Assembly (NCBI GenBank): GCA_013239625.1
Contig: MU055657.1
Coordinates: 12,197,689 to 12,261,688 of the forward strand
DNA length: 64,000 nt
Direction: 5' to 3'
Source: Lama guanicoe
Taxonomy: Eukaryota
Shown: positions 1 to 14,172 of the stretch, one piece after another
Layout: the number at the start of each line of letters is the position of its first letter
Position numbering within the stretch: the first letter of the stretch is position 1
Position numbers and translations under genes: made by a program
The notes under the pieces: model-generated
Databases searched by the model: none
The model's input: the letters and a program-made list of their open reading frames with translations, nothing else
Told to the model about the DNA's origin: nothing

Positions 1-1504
1 ATTTCCAGTTATATGAACTGCCAAGTATGGATTATATTTCTGATTTAAAACCTTCTTTCCCCTCAGGCTGTGTTTAGATATTTCTCCATGAATGATACCC
101 TTCATGGAGCTACCTAAGTGGGAAAATACTAACTATGGGTTCTGCTAGTTACATTGTTCCCTCAGCACTGTAAGTTTCATCCAATTTTGACATGATAGAA
201 AGTAACATACTTAGAAATACTTATTTCCAAAATAACTTCTTATTTTTATCTTCTATTCATTATTCCATTATTAATGTAAATTATCATTATAATAAGCAAC
301 TGGTTACATAACTGTATGGAGATATGGAAAGATTATTCATGAGTTAACATCTCATGCATTCAGCACCCATCAAGCTGTGGATCTCTGTTTGCACAGAATT
401 GATAGTGTTTGGCTGTGTGCCCTTAAAATTTATGCATAGCTGGGTTGATTTACATGGAAGATAAAATAAGTTACAATGCTCCTATTTCTGATTCCTGGAT
501 CAGATCCATAGCCCCGGAACTAAGGGAAAGAGACTGTTGGACAAGGTTGATGAATTTAGTACCCATTCCTTTTTTAGAGTCACAGATTATTAACATAATG
601 GCTAAACTAAAAGACTTCTTTTTGGGGATCAGAGCTACTGTCATGCCAAGCTTTCAGGGGAAGGAGAGAATAGTAACAATATAGCAGTGCCTTTGATTTC
701 TAAAGTGCTTTTCTTTGGAAAGGCTCAAAGTACAGCTCTATTTCTCACCTTGAATGCCAGTGCATTCTCAGGATGGAGAAATAGCCTTTTGAGTAAAAGC
801 TGAAAAACAGAAGCAATTATTAAATGATGAAAGGAAACAAAGGCTTCAAAAAGAGATCTTTGTCCCCAGAAGAACACAAAGAAAGTGAAAATAGGTCAAA
901 ACCAGATAAAAATGGAGGACTGCGATTGTTTAATACTGGCTATTAGCGCAATGCTAACCTTATGGTCCTTCATCCTTAACTTATTCACTGGTCTTCTCCC
1001 TTTCTCTCCCCTCCTGTCTTCTGCAAAAGAATTTCCCCTTAATACTAACACTCGCTCTCATTTCTTTTCTTCATTTTGTGACCCTTCATTTTTCCATCAC
1101 CTTCCCTTTCCCAGGGATTTCATTTTCTCCCCCACACCCCTGTTGGTGGAGCACATTTGGAAAGACCACCAGACTTCCCAGCCATTACAGGATTGGGTCG
1201 TTTTCCTAAATATTTTTTTCCCCTTGACCTCTCCATGGTCTTTTACACCATTGTCCACCCCGTCCCTCAGTTTTTCATTTCTTGACTTCCATAGTGTGGA
1301 AGAACCAAACTGAGTTGTGTTTGGGTTGATAACTTGTGGTGGTGTGGTGTTTGGATTAAAATATATTACAGGCACCGGATAAGCTGCACCCAAAGGGTCT
1401 CAAGCTTTTTTATCAACAGAAGAACCCATGGTATCACATTTTTGTCGGTATTTACATGTATATCTATTCCTATGACTCTAAAAGTCTCAGTTTATATCTA
1501 TTTC

Positions 1505-1611
1505 AATCAACCTATCTATCTATCTATCTATCTAATGGATGTACTGGGGATTGAACCCAGGACCTCATGCATGCTAAGCATGTGCTCTACCACTGAGCTA
1601 TACTCTCCCCC
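1505..1611 (-). mobile_element. tRNA-derived camelid SINE (Vic-1 type) with (TATC)n-converted tail
   Basis: Reverse complement reads GGGGGAGAGTATAGCTCAGTGGTAGAGCACATGCTTAGCATGCATGAGGTCCTGGGTTCAATCCCCAGTAC (A and B boxes); flanking direct repeat tatatctatttc. Confidence 0.9.
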
Positions 1612-2610
1612 TCTATATCTATTTCTATATCTATGTCTAGAACTATGTCTACATATAATTCTCTCTGTATAATTAACATAAGATTGGGGAGTTCAGTTAG
1701 AGCTTTAATGAGCAAATTAAATTTTCTAAAATAACTATATTTTATAGCTAAAGAAGAAAAAGCAATTTCTTAAAACAAGTATCATTTGATGTATAATATA
1801 CATAAGGGTTAAGACCTCAATGAGTGAACACAATTTTGGAGTTGAGTTGAGGATCGTTGAAAGCCTCTTGCCCCCTTGTTGATCAAACAAGATTAAAGAG
1901 AGAAGCTGTAATTCATGATGGTAAGACATAGCAGATAAAGTTCTGAACTTAAATGAAGCTTTTTCTAGTTGATTTCTAAGATAGCTCCTTGGTCATCGGA
2001 TGTAAATGTTCTCTGATCTCTTCCTTCTCCTGCTGAGAAGCAAACCACAAGCGTAGTGTTTTGAATGACCAACCTATGTCAACAAGATTGTTTCCTCTGA
2101 AATCTTCTTTTCAGGTGCCATGAGAACCTGCGATTTCTTTTCACTTTAGTCAGGACCATGTCAAGTTTTAGCTTTATAATCACTGTTCCTCATTATACTG
2201 ATCTGTCTCTCCTCCCAGCTCTGTAATCAAACGCCTGCTTCATTGATTTCCCCTCCTTTCCATGTTCAAATCCCTTGTATCTTAAAAAATTAGGCTCCTA
2301 AAAGTTGATAGCCTAACCACCCAAGTCCATTTAACTGGTACCCTATCTTGCCGTCACGGCCAAAGTTCTTCAAAGAACTGATGACACTTGCCATCTTCAT
2401 TTCCTTGTTCCTGCCATTAGTTCATGGAAACAGCTCTCCTCAAGGTCACTAATGACCTTGCTGATAAATTCTTGTTGACATATCAGTCCCTATGAATAAT
2501 TGACCTTTCATGTGGTGCCACTGGCTATTCATGCCTTTAAAAGTCTTCTCTCTCATTGTCTTTTGAACCACTCCCCACCCCACCCCAACACACTCCTGAA
2601 TTTTCTTTTA

Positions 2611-3096
2611 CAGGCATACCTTGTTTAATTGTTCTTTGCTTCATTGTGCTCTGCAGATATTGTGTTTTTTTTTTCAACAAATCGAAGTTTTTGTGGTAGC
2701 CCTGTGAATCAATGCCATTTTTCCAACAGCATTTGCTCACTTCATGTCTCTGTGTCACATTTTTATAATTTGCACAATGTTTNNNNNNNNNNNNNNNNNN
2801 NNNNNNNNNNNNNNNNNNNNNNNNNNNNNNNNNNNNNNNNNNNNNNNNNNNNNNNNNNNNNNNNNNNNNNNNNNNNNNNNNNNNNNNNNNNNNNNNNNNN
2901 NNNNNNNNNNNNNNNNNNNNNNNNNNNNNNNNNNNNNNNNNNNNNNNNNNNNNNNNNNNNNNNNNNNNNNNNNNNNNNNNNNNNNNNNNNNNNNNNNNNN
3001 NNNNNNNNNNNNNNNNNNNNNNNNNNNNNNNNNNNNNNNNNNNNNNNNNNNNNNNNNNNNNNNAATCAAACCCACAATATCTATGAGGTATTCCTG
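2611..3096 (+). mobile_element. Internally deleted Tigger1-type DNA transposon (TcMar), spanning the first assembly gap
   Basis: Left end ta|caggcatacct..., right end ...aatatctatgaggtattcctg, forming inverted termini. Confidence 0.8.
2783..3063. other. Assembly gap (N run)
   Basis: N bases. Confidence 1.
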
Positions 3097-4583
3097 TGTT
3101 TCTCTAAACATTTTATCTCAACCTCCTTTACTACCTCGCCATGCTCTACCAAGCAATTAATAAATGTTAATGCTTCTAAAAGCTCAGTGTCCCTCTTCTC
3201 TTCTTGTTCTGTGCTCTGCCTTTCGACAAGTCATCCATGCCCATGGCTTCAAGGGCCATTTGTATTGTCCTAACTCCTTTACTTAGATCCACGCCACATG
3301 TCTTCTCTGAGTTACCTTTGGATAGCCAGCTGCCTGCTTGACACCTTCACTTAAATGTCTCAGAAGCATTGCAGACCCAACATGTTCAAGATGCCATTCA
3401 TATTTCTCTACACTAACCTTGTCCTGTATCTCATAACTTAATAACACTATCCTCCAGCCAATTGACATCCTTGAAATCTTGAAGTTATTTTTCACACCTT
3501 TCTCTCATTAACCACTGATACCCAATCCATCAGTAAATCTTGCCAATCTACCTCCCAAATGCCTCTTCATCTCCCTTCATTCACCCTGATACCCACTTTC
3601 CTAATCTTTTCCCTTCACAGTTGCCAGACTGATGTTTTTATAAGGATAATTGAAATATTTCACCCTCTTAAATAAAAACATGACTTTTCGTTGTTCTTAG
3701 AATAAAGACCCAAATCCTTCACATTGACTGCCCTTACTTCCTTTCCATCCCTCTTACCTCCCCTTTGCCCTCTGTTCCTCTCACTTTGTCTGTTTTAAAT
3801 GTGCTCTACTCCCACCGTCTACAGACCCTTAGCATATAAGGCCCTCTCTGCCTGGAACACCGTCCTCTCCCCCATCCAGTGCACCCATGTCCTTGTGGCC
3901 ATTGTTTCTATCAATTTCTCTTCAGATTGTCCCTGCTCACTGATCTCTGTTCTATTCTGTTCTTTCTGCTCCACACTAACTCAGACATCGAAGGTGGCAA
4001 CTTCTTTTCCTGGATTTGAACAAATACCACTTACATGAGGTTTTCATAAAGATTTGGGATGATGGGAGTGGCAGCAATGCATTGTAGAAGCCCAGACCAA
4101 ACGAGGTAAAACGTAATGTTAGAAATTCCTGTTTGTACATCCTTTGGTGACTCCTGTTATTGGCCATTTCTCATGGGTTGACGATTCTCTGCAGGCCTGA
4201 CTCTGTGGCTGTTTTGCTCAGCAGTATCTCCCACCCCCAACCCCCGCCACGCCTGCTTTCTTCCATGTCTCTTTTTCTCTTTTCCTGCTCCTTTCTTCTC
4301 CTGTCCCCTCTAGCCTCCATCCCCTAAATTCGTATTAATTACTAATGCTGGGTAGTTTAGTTTTCTCTTTGCTGTCCCAGGCTCTCTGCAGAGAATCTCA
4401 TCCTCACAGCCAAACGTGATGATTTATTCACTCTTTGGGAGGTACTCTGTGCCACCTTTCAAAATGACCTTATTTTCTTGTGTTACGATAATATAAAGAT
4501 TCAGTCATTCAGTCATCCCCACTCAAAATATCAAAACTATCTTCGACCTTTCTTTCTCCCTTACCCTCTTATTCAGTAGTCAC

Positions 4584-5090
4584 TGTAATGAATTCAAGGG
4601 ACTTGGGTGCTGGGGGACAGTACAAACTAAAAGCTTTATTTTGATAGTGCTTTGCGGGGTTTGCATGGGGAGGGAGTCACTCCCAGCAAGAAACCTTCCG
4701 AAGACGACAGCACAGGGGTCATGATCCAAAAGGAAGGAGGGTGAGGGAACTCCTGAGGGAGACTGGGGTCAGAGAGGGAGCTGACGTGTCCAGATGAGGA
4801 CGCTTAGAGCCTGGTGGGCAGTTCCCGGGTTAGAGAACTCTGCAGGTCAGCAGCAGCTGGAGCCTTTTATAGCTCCAGAAGTTGGACCATATGGATGGAC
4901 AAGTAACCATCACACAAGATCAGAGACAAGACCAACAGTCTCTGGGAGCTCTGAAGTGGTAGGGAGAGCATCGAACAGGCAATTCAGGGGAGAGATCCTG
5001 AAAGAGGGGATTTGGGGGAAGGAGAGGAATTTCACAATGCTAGGTTTTCAAGCCCAGGGTGACTTTAAGCACAGAGATGCCACCAATCAT
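4584..5090 (-). mobile_element. Probable solo ERV LTR
   Basis: TG at the left edge, minus-strand AATAAA (~4634-4639) and TATAAAA (~4865-4871) in LTR order; right boundary approximate. Confidence 0.5.
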
Positions 5091-5856
5091 TGTAGGAAGA
5101 AATAGAAGTAGAATGGGGAGTACATAGTTGTTCTTAAGCTGAATGTGCATTGATTTGAGCAGGTAGCCTAGCATACTGAAAGCATCTTTGTGGAGGTTAA
5201 TTTACAAGCAGTAAAAAATAGGGGAAGTGCTTAAGGTAAGAAGTTTGTGCCTAAGATCCAGATTTGGGACTGATCCCAAAGATTTTAATTTTATGTCTTC
5301 TGAGGGAAGTTACCTATAGAGAAAATATTAAATGAGAAGAAAATGAAACTGGAAGCTTGATGTGTCTACACATCAGGTGGCTAAGGAGGAACCAGAAAAT
5401 AACTAGGGCAATTACATGGTAAGATGAGGTGCAGTGAGCGGTAGGCGGGGCGGAAGCAGAGCAGGTGAGTGTGTTCCACCAACCCAAACAGCCCATCCTT
5501 CAAAGTCTGGTGTAAATCTTTCTCCCTCCACATAGCTTTCTCAGCCCAAAAGCTTATTTTTGTCAACAGAACTCAGAAAGTTTATTGTCTGCAATCCTCA
5601 CTTGGCAATTAACTGTGCATTACCTTGAAACATTTCTTTTTTGGGGTATACTCAGCAGTTAGATGGCACATCTTATAACCTTTTGAATCATCCATATATT
5701 TACCCATAGTAATTTATCAATAAATACGTATCGATTGATTAATTTTAGTATTTCTTGGTATTTACAAGATAAGGAATTTCCCTCAACTTATCGTTGTATT
5801 TGTCTCTTTGTAATTAGGCTTCATTCTGTGCTTAAGTTATAATGACTGTTTAAACA

Positions 5857-5883
<27 letters not shown>
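5857..5883. repeat. (CT)n microsatellite
   Basis: Read directly from the sequence. Confidence 0.93.
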
Positions 5884-5887
<4 letters not shown>

Positions 5888-8650
5888 AAAACATTTGTTG
5901 CAATCTGACTATGTGCTAAGAATGCACTTTGCTAGAGGCCAGGAATACAGAGATGTAAGATCCAGTCCCTATTTCAAGATACCTGGAGTCTATGAGGGAG
6001 TCATTTTGAGCCAGGAGTGCTAAACATGAAGGCTGGCCCTGACCGAGATCGGGTCCCTGGGCGTATGATGAAGACCAAGGTTGGGATAGTCACAAAACAT
6101 GGAGAGTAGAGAGGGAGGCAACAGAGGCTGCATTTGGGGGACACTGGGGCCAAAAGAGGAGATGCCTGAGGTGAACCTTAAAGAGTGAAATGAGAGTCAG
6201 CCAGGTGCAGACGTGAGTGGGGATGGAGCCATTCCAAGCAGAAAGGCTAAGAAGAACAGAGGATCTAATACGGAGACCATGGGCTGTGTGCATGTGGTGT
6301 CTGTTTGTGTGTGTGGAACCATGGGATTTCTATCTATGGCACATTGTCTGCATTCATCTTTTATCTGGTATGCACAGTGGTAGCAAAAAGTCCAGTAATT
6401 CCAAATGCAATGCCATGTAGAAAAATGCCTTTTAAGAAGGACGTTATGTGTAGGTATCTGTCATTTGTGACATGCTTATGTACCTTTTTAGAATATCGTT
6501 TCTATTTTGAGAGTTAATGCTTTGTTGTTACGTAATTTGAGCTCTACATACTAAAGGTTCTGAAATATATATAAGAAAATATACATGTCATCAATATGGA
6601 AGATTATTAGGCCAGTGAAAGTTTTTCCTTTCCCACTGGTTTCGTTCTAAGATTTATCAGAAAGCCTGATGCAAAGCAGTTTGTCAGCAATCACTGGTGT
6701 ATGTCAATTGTTCACGTTCTTAAAGCTTTTTCTCATCTTTGCATCTTTCAAAAAAAAAAAAAAAAGAATAGTAACATTCTCCAGGGCTTTAGCCAATGGT
6801 GTGGCTAAAAGGTGTCATTCATGAGAAATATTCAGTCAAATCACGTTAAAATATGGCCCCATCATTTCTGGGAAGTTGATATTAAAGTTTTTTCTGATTT
6901 CAGAACCCACCTTTAAATCTTGATATTCTGTTTATGGCAAATTCAAGTGCTTCTGACTGTATATTTAGGTGACTTAGAGATTCAGTGCTTAAATGGTGTG
7001 TGAAGCTCATTTAAGAAACTCACTGAAGCCCAATTTAGGCAGTTGTTTAACAGACAATATAACTGTTTATGACGTTACCCGTTAAAGTGATTTAAGAGCA
7101 ACAGTGAAGCCATCACCACCACCACTCGCTCCTCCAACAAAAAACCAGTGTGTGTTTTTCTGGAATCATTTCCAAAGACAGAAAAGAAACTATATAACAT
7201 CCGATAAAATTAAAAGAGTGGAAACACACCTAGGAAATTATCATGTTAAGTGCTTGCTACATACTTTCAGAATCCCTCAGCCATATTTGTTTCAACCTCT
7301 TCTCTTTCAGTGATTTTCATTTCCAGTTAGCTGATTGGTAGTTTTGAAGGAGGAAAAAAAATCCTGATTAAGAAGTGAGTTGCCACGGCAACCTTGCACT
7401 ACAGTTACATTTTTCTGTCTGTAACTATAAATGGTAAAATGTAGCCTTTCTAATTATGTTGCCACATTTTTAACTCTATTAGTACCAAACCCTCTACAAA
7501 GTTTGCTGACACCCTGAATTAAATCAATGCATTTAATTTTTATCTCAACAAAAATCTTTTATTAACTAGGATCTGTTTTTGTAAAAATTAAGAATCTAAG
7601 ACTGTCAGTAAAATGTCAAAGTAAAGTGATTTTAAAATCTTATCTGAATGCCTAGAATACCCGTTCTGGACATTGAAAATAATTAGAACATTAATAAGTC
7701 AAGGTTTATTATTTTTGAAAAGTGTTGTGTGAGTGGAATGAGGAGAAAGCTTATTCAGAATGTGTAAATGAAGGTCTTAACCTTTAGCAGTGAGTAGCTG
7801 TTTCCTCAGTCCTGTGAGGTCAGTCAGCATAGTCTCTAATCTTTTAACACTAGTTTTAAGAAATTCATTCATTCATTCATTCATTCATGCATTAAATTCA
7901 TACATTCAAGCAACAACCAACAGAAAACATTCCTGCCCTACCCCCCCATCCAGATTTCCCTGCCATCCCCCCGGGAACCCCAGTTGCCTCTGTTGCTGCC
8001 AAGGGCCCCCCAAAGTGTGATGAAGGAGAGGATCTTCAGGTTGAGAAGCAGGGGAGCGGGCGAAGCTGTGAAAACCAGGATACCTGGGGCAAGTGGACTG
8101 CCCAACACACCACCCTCCAAGCCGCCCGCTGCCCCAACCATGAAAAGCAGCTTAATTTTTAAAACGTTTATTTCACCGTTTAGTAGTAGTGCCTGAAGGT
8201 CTATCAGCTGGAGATGGCAAGTTTCACCTCAGTTAAAAGCATGAAAACTGTGACAGGTTAAAGGGATTGTCTCTGGTCGTTCAAGTCTCAGCGTCAGTCA
8301 CATAACTCAGGTTTCTTTCCTGCTAGAAGTGGGCAGAATGGGAGCACAGGGAGAGAATATTGGTTTGGATTTTGTGGAGAGGAGATGGCTGTGGAGCAAG
8401 AAGACTCTACGAGGCACGGAGGTCCCACCCGGGTGGTGTAGGGTGGTGACAGGAGCATATTGTGACACAGGGACTGGGCTTCCAAGAGCTGCGGGGGGGA
8501 GGGCAGTGAGAGTGGCGGGTGGGGGGTGTGCAGGGACCAACGTGTTACTTAGGACGGTCCGCGTACTCTGGGGCGCTTCTTTGTCCTCAGGTCTTCTTCA
8601 TCTCTCAGATACACACAGAACGTTATGTAAGTGGAATCACACAGTCTATG

Positions 8651-8890
8651 CAGGCAGACCTCCTTTTATTGCACTTCGCTTAGTCGCACTTGGCAGACAC
8701 TGAGTGTTTTGCAAATTGAAGGTTTGTGGCAACCCTGCGTCAGGCAAGTCTATTGGTAGCATTTTTGCCAAAAACATTTGCTCATTTCTTGTCTCTGTGT
8801 CACATTTTGATAACTCTTGCAATATTTCAAACCCTCTACCAGCCAAAAGAGCACATCTCACCGAAGGCTCAGGTGATGGTTAGCATGTTC
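8651..8890 (+). mobile_element. Tigger1-type deletion derivative, partial
   Basis: caggcagacctcc...aaattgaaggtttgtggcaaccctg...; alignable by eye to 2611-2782. Confidence 0.8.
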
Positions 8891-11800
8891 TTACTTACTA
8901 TGTCTTTGAGAAAACATCTCAGGACCAGAGCTGCTATGAATTCTGCAGTGCTTGAAAATTTCTGTCCCTTTGTGTCTGTTGTCAGCTAAAGTGTATTTAT
9001 GCTCTTGTAGATCCATCCTAAATTACACTAACTTAAATTGTATTAACCACAACTGCATCTACATACATTTGGAAAGTGCAGTATATGCACACGCAAGGTA
9101 CTTAGTCGACAGCAGGTGCTCGGGGCTCTGTGCCGTGGAGGGTTCCTTGCAATCACACTTCCCTCTCATGGTCACATAGTGGTTTGCCAGCCACAGATCT
9201 GGACCGGTCTCACCCTTTTGTAAATAAAGAAGCAGATTCTTCAGAGAGGATCAGTGCTCTTTCCAGGATCAAACTGAAAGTTAGTGGCAAAACTAGTCTA
9301 AAAGCTAGGTCTCTGGAATTTCAGTCCAGAGCCAGCACCACTGCTGTGGTGTGGTTCTTTGAAATGGTCCCTGGCCACTGCAAGTAAGACTCCATTACAG
9401 CGATCGTTCTTTTGAATGAAGAATCGAAAGATTCTTTTGATTCTTTAGAATGCCTCACATGGTACAGGCTCTTTGAGACCATGGACCACCCCACACCTCT
9501 TCTAGTCTTGGAATGCCCGACTTTACCTCATATGTTGTTATGTATCCAAATATTTTAACTAGGGCAATTGTGGCATGCATGCTTGTGGAGCTAATGATGC
9601 CTTCCTTGGGCAAGGAAGTAATGCAGGACCACCTGTAGTTATTAGATTTTCATTGGAAATACCTGGAAGAGTATTGGTTTGATACAGGATGACATTTCTC
9701 TATATCATAACATATCGAAGAATGGGATTTGACATCAGAAAGACTAGGTTAAAAACCTGGCTGGGTCACTTACTAGCAGTGCAACCCAGGACAAATTGCT
9801 CACCTTTTTTGAAACTCAGTAAAACAAACAAACAAGCAAAAAAAACCACTCCACAGGACAGATATATGGATTGAATAAAATAAAGTTATGAGAATTTGGC
9901 CAAGTTGGCATGTTACTGAAACTCAGAAAATACAAGTTCCATCTCCTTTGCCAGTTGTGAAATAAAAATTCTGCTTATGAGGTACAAAAGCGAAGCACAA
10001 TGGAAAGTGAAAACAAAACCCACAGTCCACTCGTAGGGTCAGTTATTCTTTCAGCCTTGACCTGTGCTGAGTAACAGAAATGTCACAAAATGTCACAAAG
10101 TCAGTGTTGAAGAGAAGGCCCAGAGTCAAGTATGTTTTCCCAAAAGGCATAATGCAAAGCAGTGATCTTCGCTGCAGCATGAAAATGAAGTAATATAAAC
10201 AGCTTGGCAACGTTATTTCTATTGGCTCTGGCCCTTGGGCTACAATCTGCAAGTATTCACGTGTTGCTTGTGAAAGCTGCCTTTTGATTCCTGAAAGTTA
10301 TTCTTTACAATTATAGTCACTAATGTGGTATCATGGACCCTGCAAAGGTCTTACGATGTTGAGGGAAGGACAGAGAGGAGAACCAGGGTCAGCATATCCA
10401 AGCTTAAACAGTGCATCTCGAAGTGGCATTCAGACAGGATTATTCCACGTGAATATCTCATGTTTTTATCTCTTCGAAACACCCCAGGCCACAGCTTCCG
10501 GCCTCACTCTTACATTTTAATCCCCCTGCTTGGCATGGCCTCAAGCTCCTGGCAAAGCGTGAATGACTTCTCTCATTGCCCCTTCTGTCATCTGTGGCTG
10601 TGACTGCAGATCTGCAAATAAAAGCTCCTTGGAGGTGGATTGCAGTCAGTGTGGCTGAGCGGGCCCCAGCCCACAGGAGTATAAATGCAACACCCTCGGG
10701 GATAGGTATGCTCCTCTGCTTTTCTTGGCCTTCACAGCAGCACGCCTACCTTTTCTTTCCCCAAACTGTCTCCTCACTGTACCCAGATCTCCTTCTCTCC
10801 TCTTCTCTGCCTCTCAGACACACCCAGTCAATATTTACCCGCCTGTCGGAGGACTTAGTCATTCTACATGGAAGAAATTAAGCTTTTCATCAATGTGATT
10901 CTGGTATAAGCAAAAGCTGGACACCATCCCAGGTTTCCTTTTTTGTAATCCTCCTTTCCATCTTGTTACCTCCCTTCTGCCTATTTTCAGATATCCAGTG
11001 CCTTGTGCAGACCTGTTGTTACCTGGGACTACCTTCTTACCCTTTTTCTCCATCCCTGGGAGGAAGGCATATAATCAGCTAATCAACACAAATACATGAA
11101 AGTCACATTATCATTTGAATGATATCACATTATCCCCAACTCAGGGATATGTTTTGAAAAGAGAAGATGATGGCAATACAAATAAAATAATATCTAATAG
11201 TAAAATCTAACCTTAGGTGAGAAAGGGGAGACTGTCTTCATGTAAATTGTTTTTCCAGGCATATCACATAACATAATAACTCATCTGAGCACCGAGCACC
11301 TACTGGGTATTCAGTAGTGGAATCAACAATGGACTTCTATAGGTCAGCTAACCTTGAACAAATTTCTAAAATTTTAGGCCTCTCTTCAGTACCCATTTTC
11401 CTCCTCACCAAACAGAAATTCAGCCAATCACTCCCTTTTTTCAATACGTCTTTATTGGGCACCAACTTCATCTATAATACAATTATTCTTTTAGGGGCTT
11501 TCAGTCCAAAGTTGAGACAAAAAAATACGTGTAATTCAGAGGAGCATGATACGAGCTGTGAAGGAGCTGTGCTTTGGGGAGACCTAGGACATATTCAGCA
11601 CAGCTTTGGGAACCACTATAGACCGTGGCACCCAAGCCAAAGTCTGAAGGGCAAGGAGGGGTGTCCAGGAGAAAGGGAGAAGGAGGCACCCCAGAGGGGT
11701 GGGAGACTGTGGTGTGGGGGTTGGGATGGGTGTAGGAAGAGCAAGTGGTTTGGCTCAGCTGCAGCACTGGTTCACGTGGTCTGGAAACAACCACCACAGC

Positions 11801-12379
11801 ACTTACACAGAGCCAGGCAGTGCTCTGAAGCTTTGCACGCCCTTCTGTTGGCTTCAGTGCCACTATCAGCACAAGAACCAGGAGACCCGCCATACTGCAT
11901 GTCCACTGCTCCACTTGCCATCACCCAGGGACTCGCTACCACACTTTGCCAAAAAGGCTTCAGGACTCTCCATCATGCTCTCCATCCCTGTGGCCAAGGA
12001 CTCCTGTGGGAACCTCAGTCAGATCATTTCTTATACTTGGACCGTCCCCACAGGGCTCTGTGCAGTGCTGAACCTGGCCCAACTTACAGCATCCTAGCCC
12101 CTCAAATCCTTCCCCTAAACAACCCTAGATGTGTCACTCATTATCGTCAAAACTCGCTCCTCTTTGGTCTGTCTCTGACTGAGTGATCTCTTACTTCTTT
12201 GTTGGGTTCTGCCGGAGGACCCTTCTCCCACAACCTCCTCATTGAAGGCTGCTCTTCTAATCTCATGTATCACAGGGTTTGAAGGAAGAGGAGGGTCCTG
12301 TTTGCTCCTGGTTGCTACTTCCTATCAATTTTAACTCCCTCCTCCCTATAACTCCTCATCTTCCTTGAAGCCATGACAT

Positions 12380-14172
12380 CGTGAGCTTCTTTTGCACACT
12401 GGAGTCATCTGAAAGTCTCTGAGTCACTCACCCTCGCTCCGTGGACACTTTGGCACTGGGGTCATTGTCTCTCACAGACACCCCCCCACCGCTTCGTAAT
12501 GCTTGGTGATTTCCAAATCCATGTAGCGGTCCTTCCCCATCCTGGCCTTTCACTTTCGTGATCTCCCCTCCAGTGACCTTGTCCATTGCCCTACCTCAGC
12601 CACCCGTAAATCTAGCTTTTATAACTAACTACACACACTACAAAATTTTCATTTCAAAGCTTTCTTTCTCTGGCTTCCGTTTTCTATCTACCCCCTTTCT
12701 ATCTACTCTATCCAGCTCATTCCCTCTAGTCCTCTGATTCCAGAAATTCCCTAGCCCTTCCACAACCACCAATCCATTGATTCCATCATCTTTTCACAGC
12801 CCCTCTCCCCTCATATCCTCGTTTCCCTCCATGTCCATCTCAGATCCCACGGTCCCTCACTGTAATCCCTTCCTTGCACACCCCTCCCCATCCCATGTCA
12901 TCATTCTCTCTGTTGCACTCACATGGATAAACTTAGTTAAATTCAACTCTCTGTGTGGTCTGTTCCTGCCCCTGAAGCAGCTGAACGTGGCGAGAGAAAA
13001 CAATGGCAACTAGCCTTATGTCAATTCCACGAGTACTAACCTCACCTGAGCTGGTGGTGTTGCATAAGGATCCCTTGAGAGACAGCATAGCTTGGGGAGG
13101 GCTTACAAAGCCAGACTTCCTGGTTTGGATTTTTCCCTCTGCTTCTTACCAGCTATAGATCATCATGGGACATTTATTTTCACTTTCTGGGCCTCAGTAT
13201 TTTCATCTGTAAAACAGGAAGAAGAACATGTACCTCTGGGACTGAAGTAAAGATTAAATGCGTGAGTTCTCTGTTCTTCCATCCAAGACCAACCATCTCA
13301 CCTGTGCCCTAGGTCCCCTTGCTTCTCTAGTCTAGCAATTTTCTGCTCACTTCTCTGCACCATCAAATTTACTCTCTTCACTGGAGCATTCCTAGAATCA
13401 TATCTACATACTCTAGCAACCTTCCTTGACCCATCAACCTTCAGGTAGTACCCCTTTTTCTCTTCCATCTTCACTGCAAGAGAAGTATCTACGTCAATGC
13501 CTCTGCTTCCCATTTTGCCTTAAATCTACTCCGATAAGTTTTTTTCACCACTGCCCCATCAAAACTGCTCTTATCAGGGTTATTGATGACCACTTTATTT
13601 GCCGAAACCATGGTAACTCCCCATCCTTGTATTATTTGATATATCAGTAGCAGTTGACATGGTCAGTTACTCTTTCCTCGGAACAGTTTCCTCACTTGAC
13701 TTCCAGGAAACCACACCCTCACGTTTCTTTTCTTTTCCCCTTGGCCACGTGTCTTCAGACTTTTTTGCTGTTTCTTCTCATATTCTTGACATCTAAATAT
13801 TGCAAGTTTCAGGGGTCAGCTATTGGCTCTCTTTTCGTCTCTACTGACACTGACTTCCTAGGTGATCTCATCCAGTTTCACATGTTAGATGCCATCGCCA
13901 AGCTGATGATGCCCAGATTTCAGTGCTCGTCCTCTGAGGTCCTCGTGCCTCATCTTATCACTTCCTTCATGTCTTGGCTCAAGTTGCACCTCACAGACAG
14001 GTGTTCCCTCACCATTGCTCTATAATCGCTTATTCTGTTTAATTTTCTTCATAGTACTTTCCTTCGTCTGTCATGTATTTGTATATTGAAAGCCTTTTGA
14101 GAACAGGGAAACTATCCCCTCTGTAGAGTGCTTTGTGCATAGAAAGCTACTAATAAATGTTTGTTAAATAAA
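12380..14172 (+). mobile_element. Ancient L2 LINE remnant interrupted by a MIR (~13085-13262)
   Basis: Pyrimidine-rich L2 texture, degenerate LDLSAAFD-like RT codons at ~13636-13663, typical 3' end taataaatgtttgttaaat; boundaries approximate. Confidence 0.65.

Noticed and set aside
1536-1611. tRNA-like sequences (also at 27255, 34214, 36117)
   Set aside because: They have A-rich tails and target-site duplications, so they are SINE heads and not tRNA genes.
2629-3273. ORFs spanning N runs (also 29528-29820)
   Set aside because: Artefacts of assembly gaps.
10680-10712. TATA-like tataaat followed by a donor-like ag|gtatgc
   Set aside because: The donor lies at or before the expected start site; no other promoter evidence.
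11317-12186. Longest ORF in the track (289 aa)
   Set aside because: No recognisable domain, non-ATG start, intronic position and overlapping ORFs in other frames; most likely a chance ORF.
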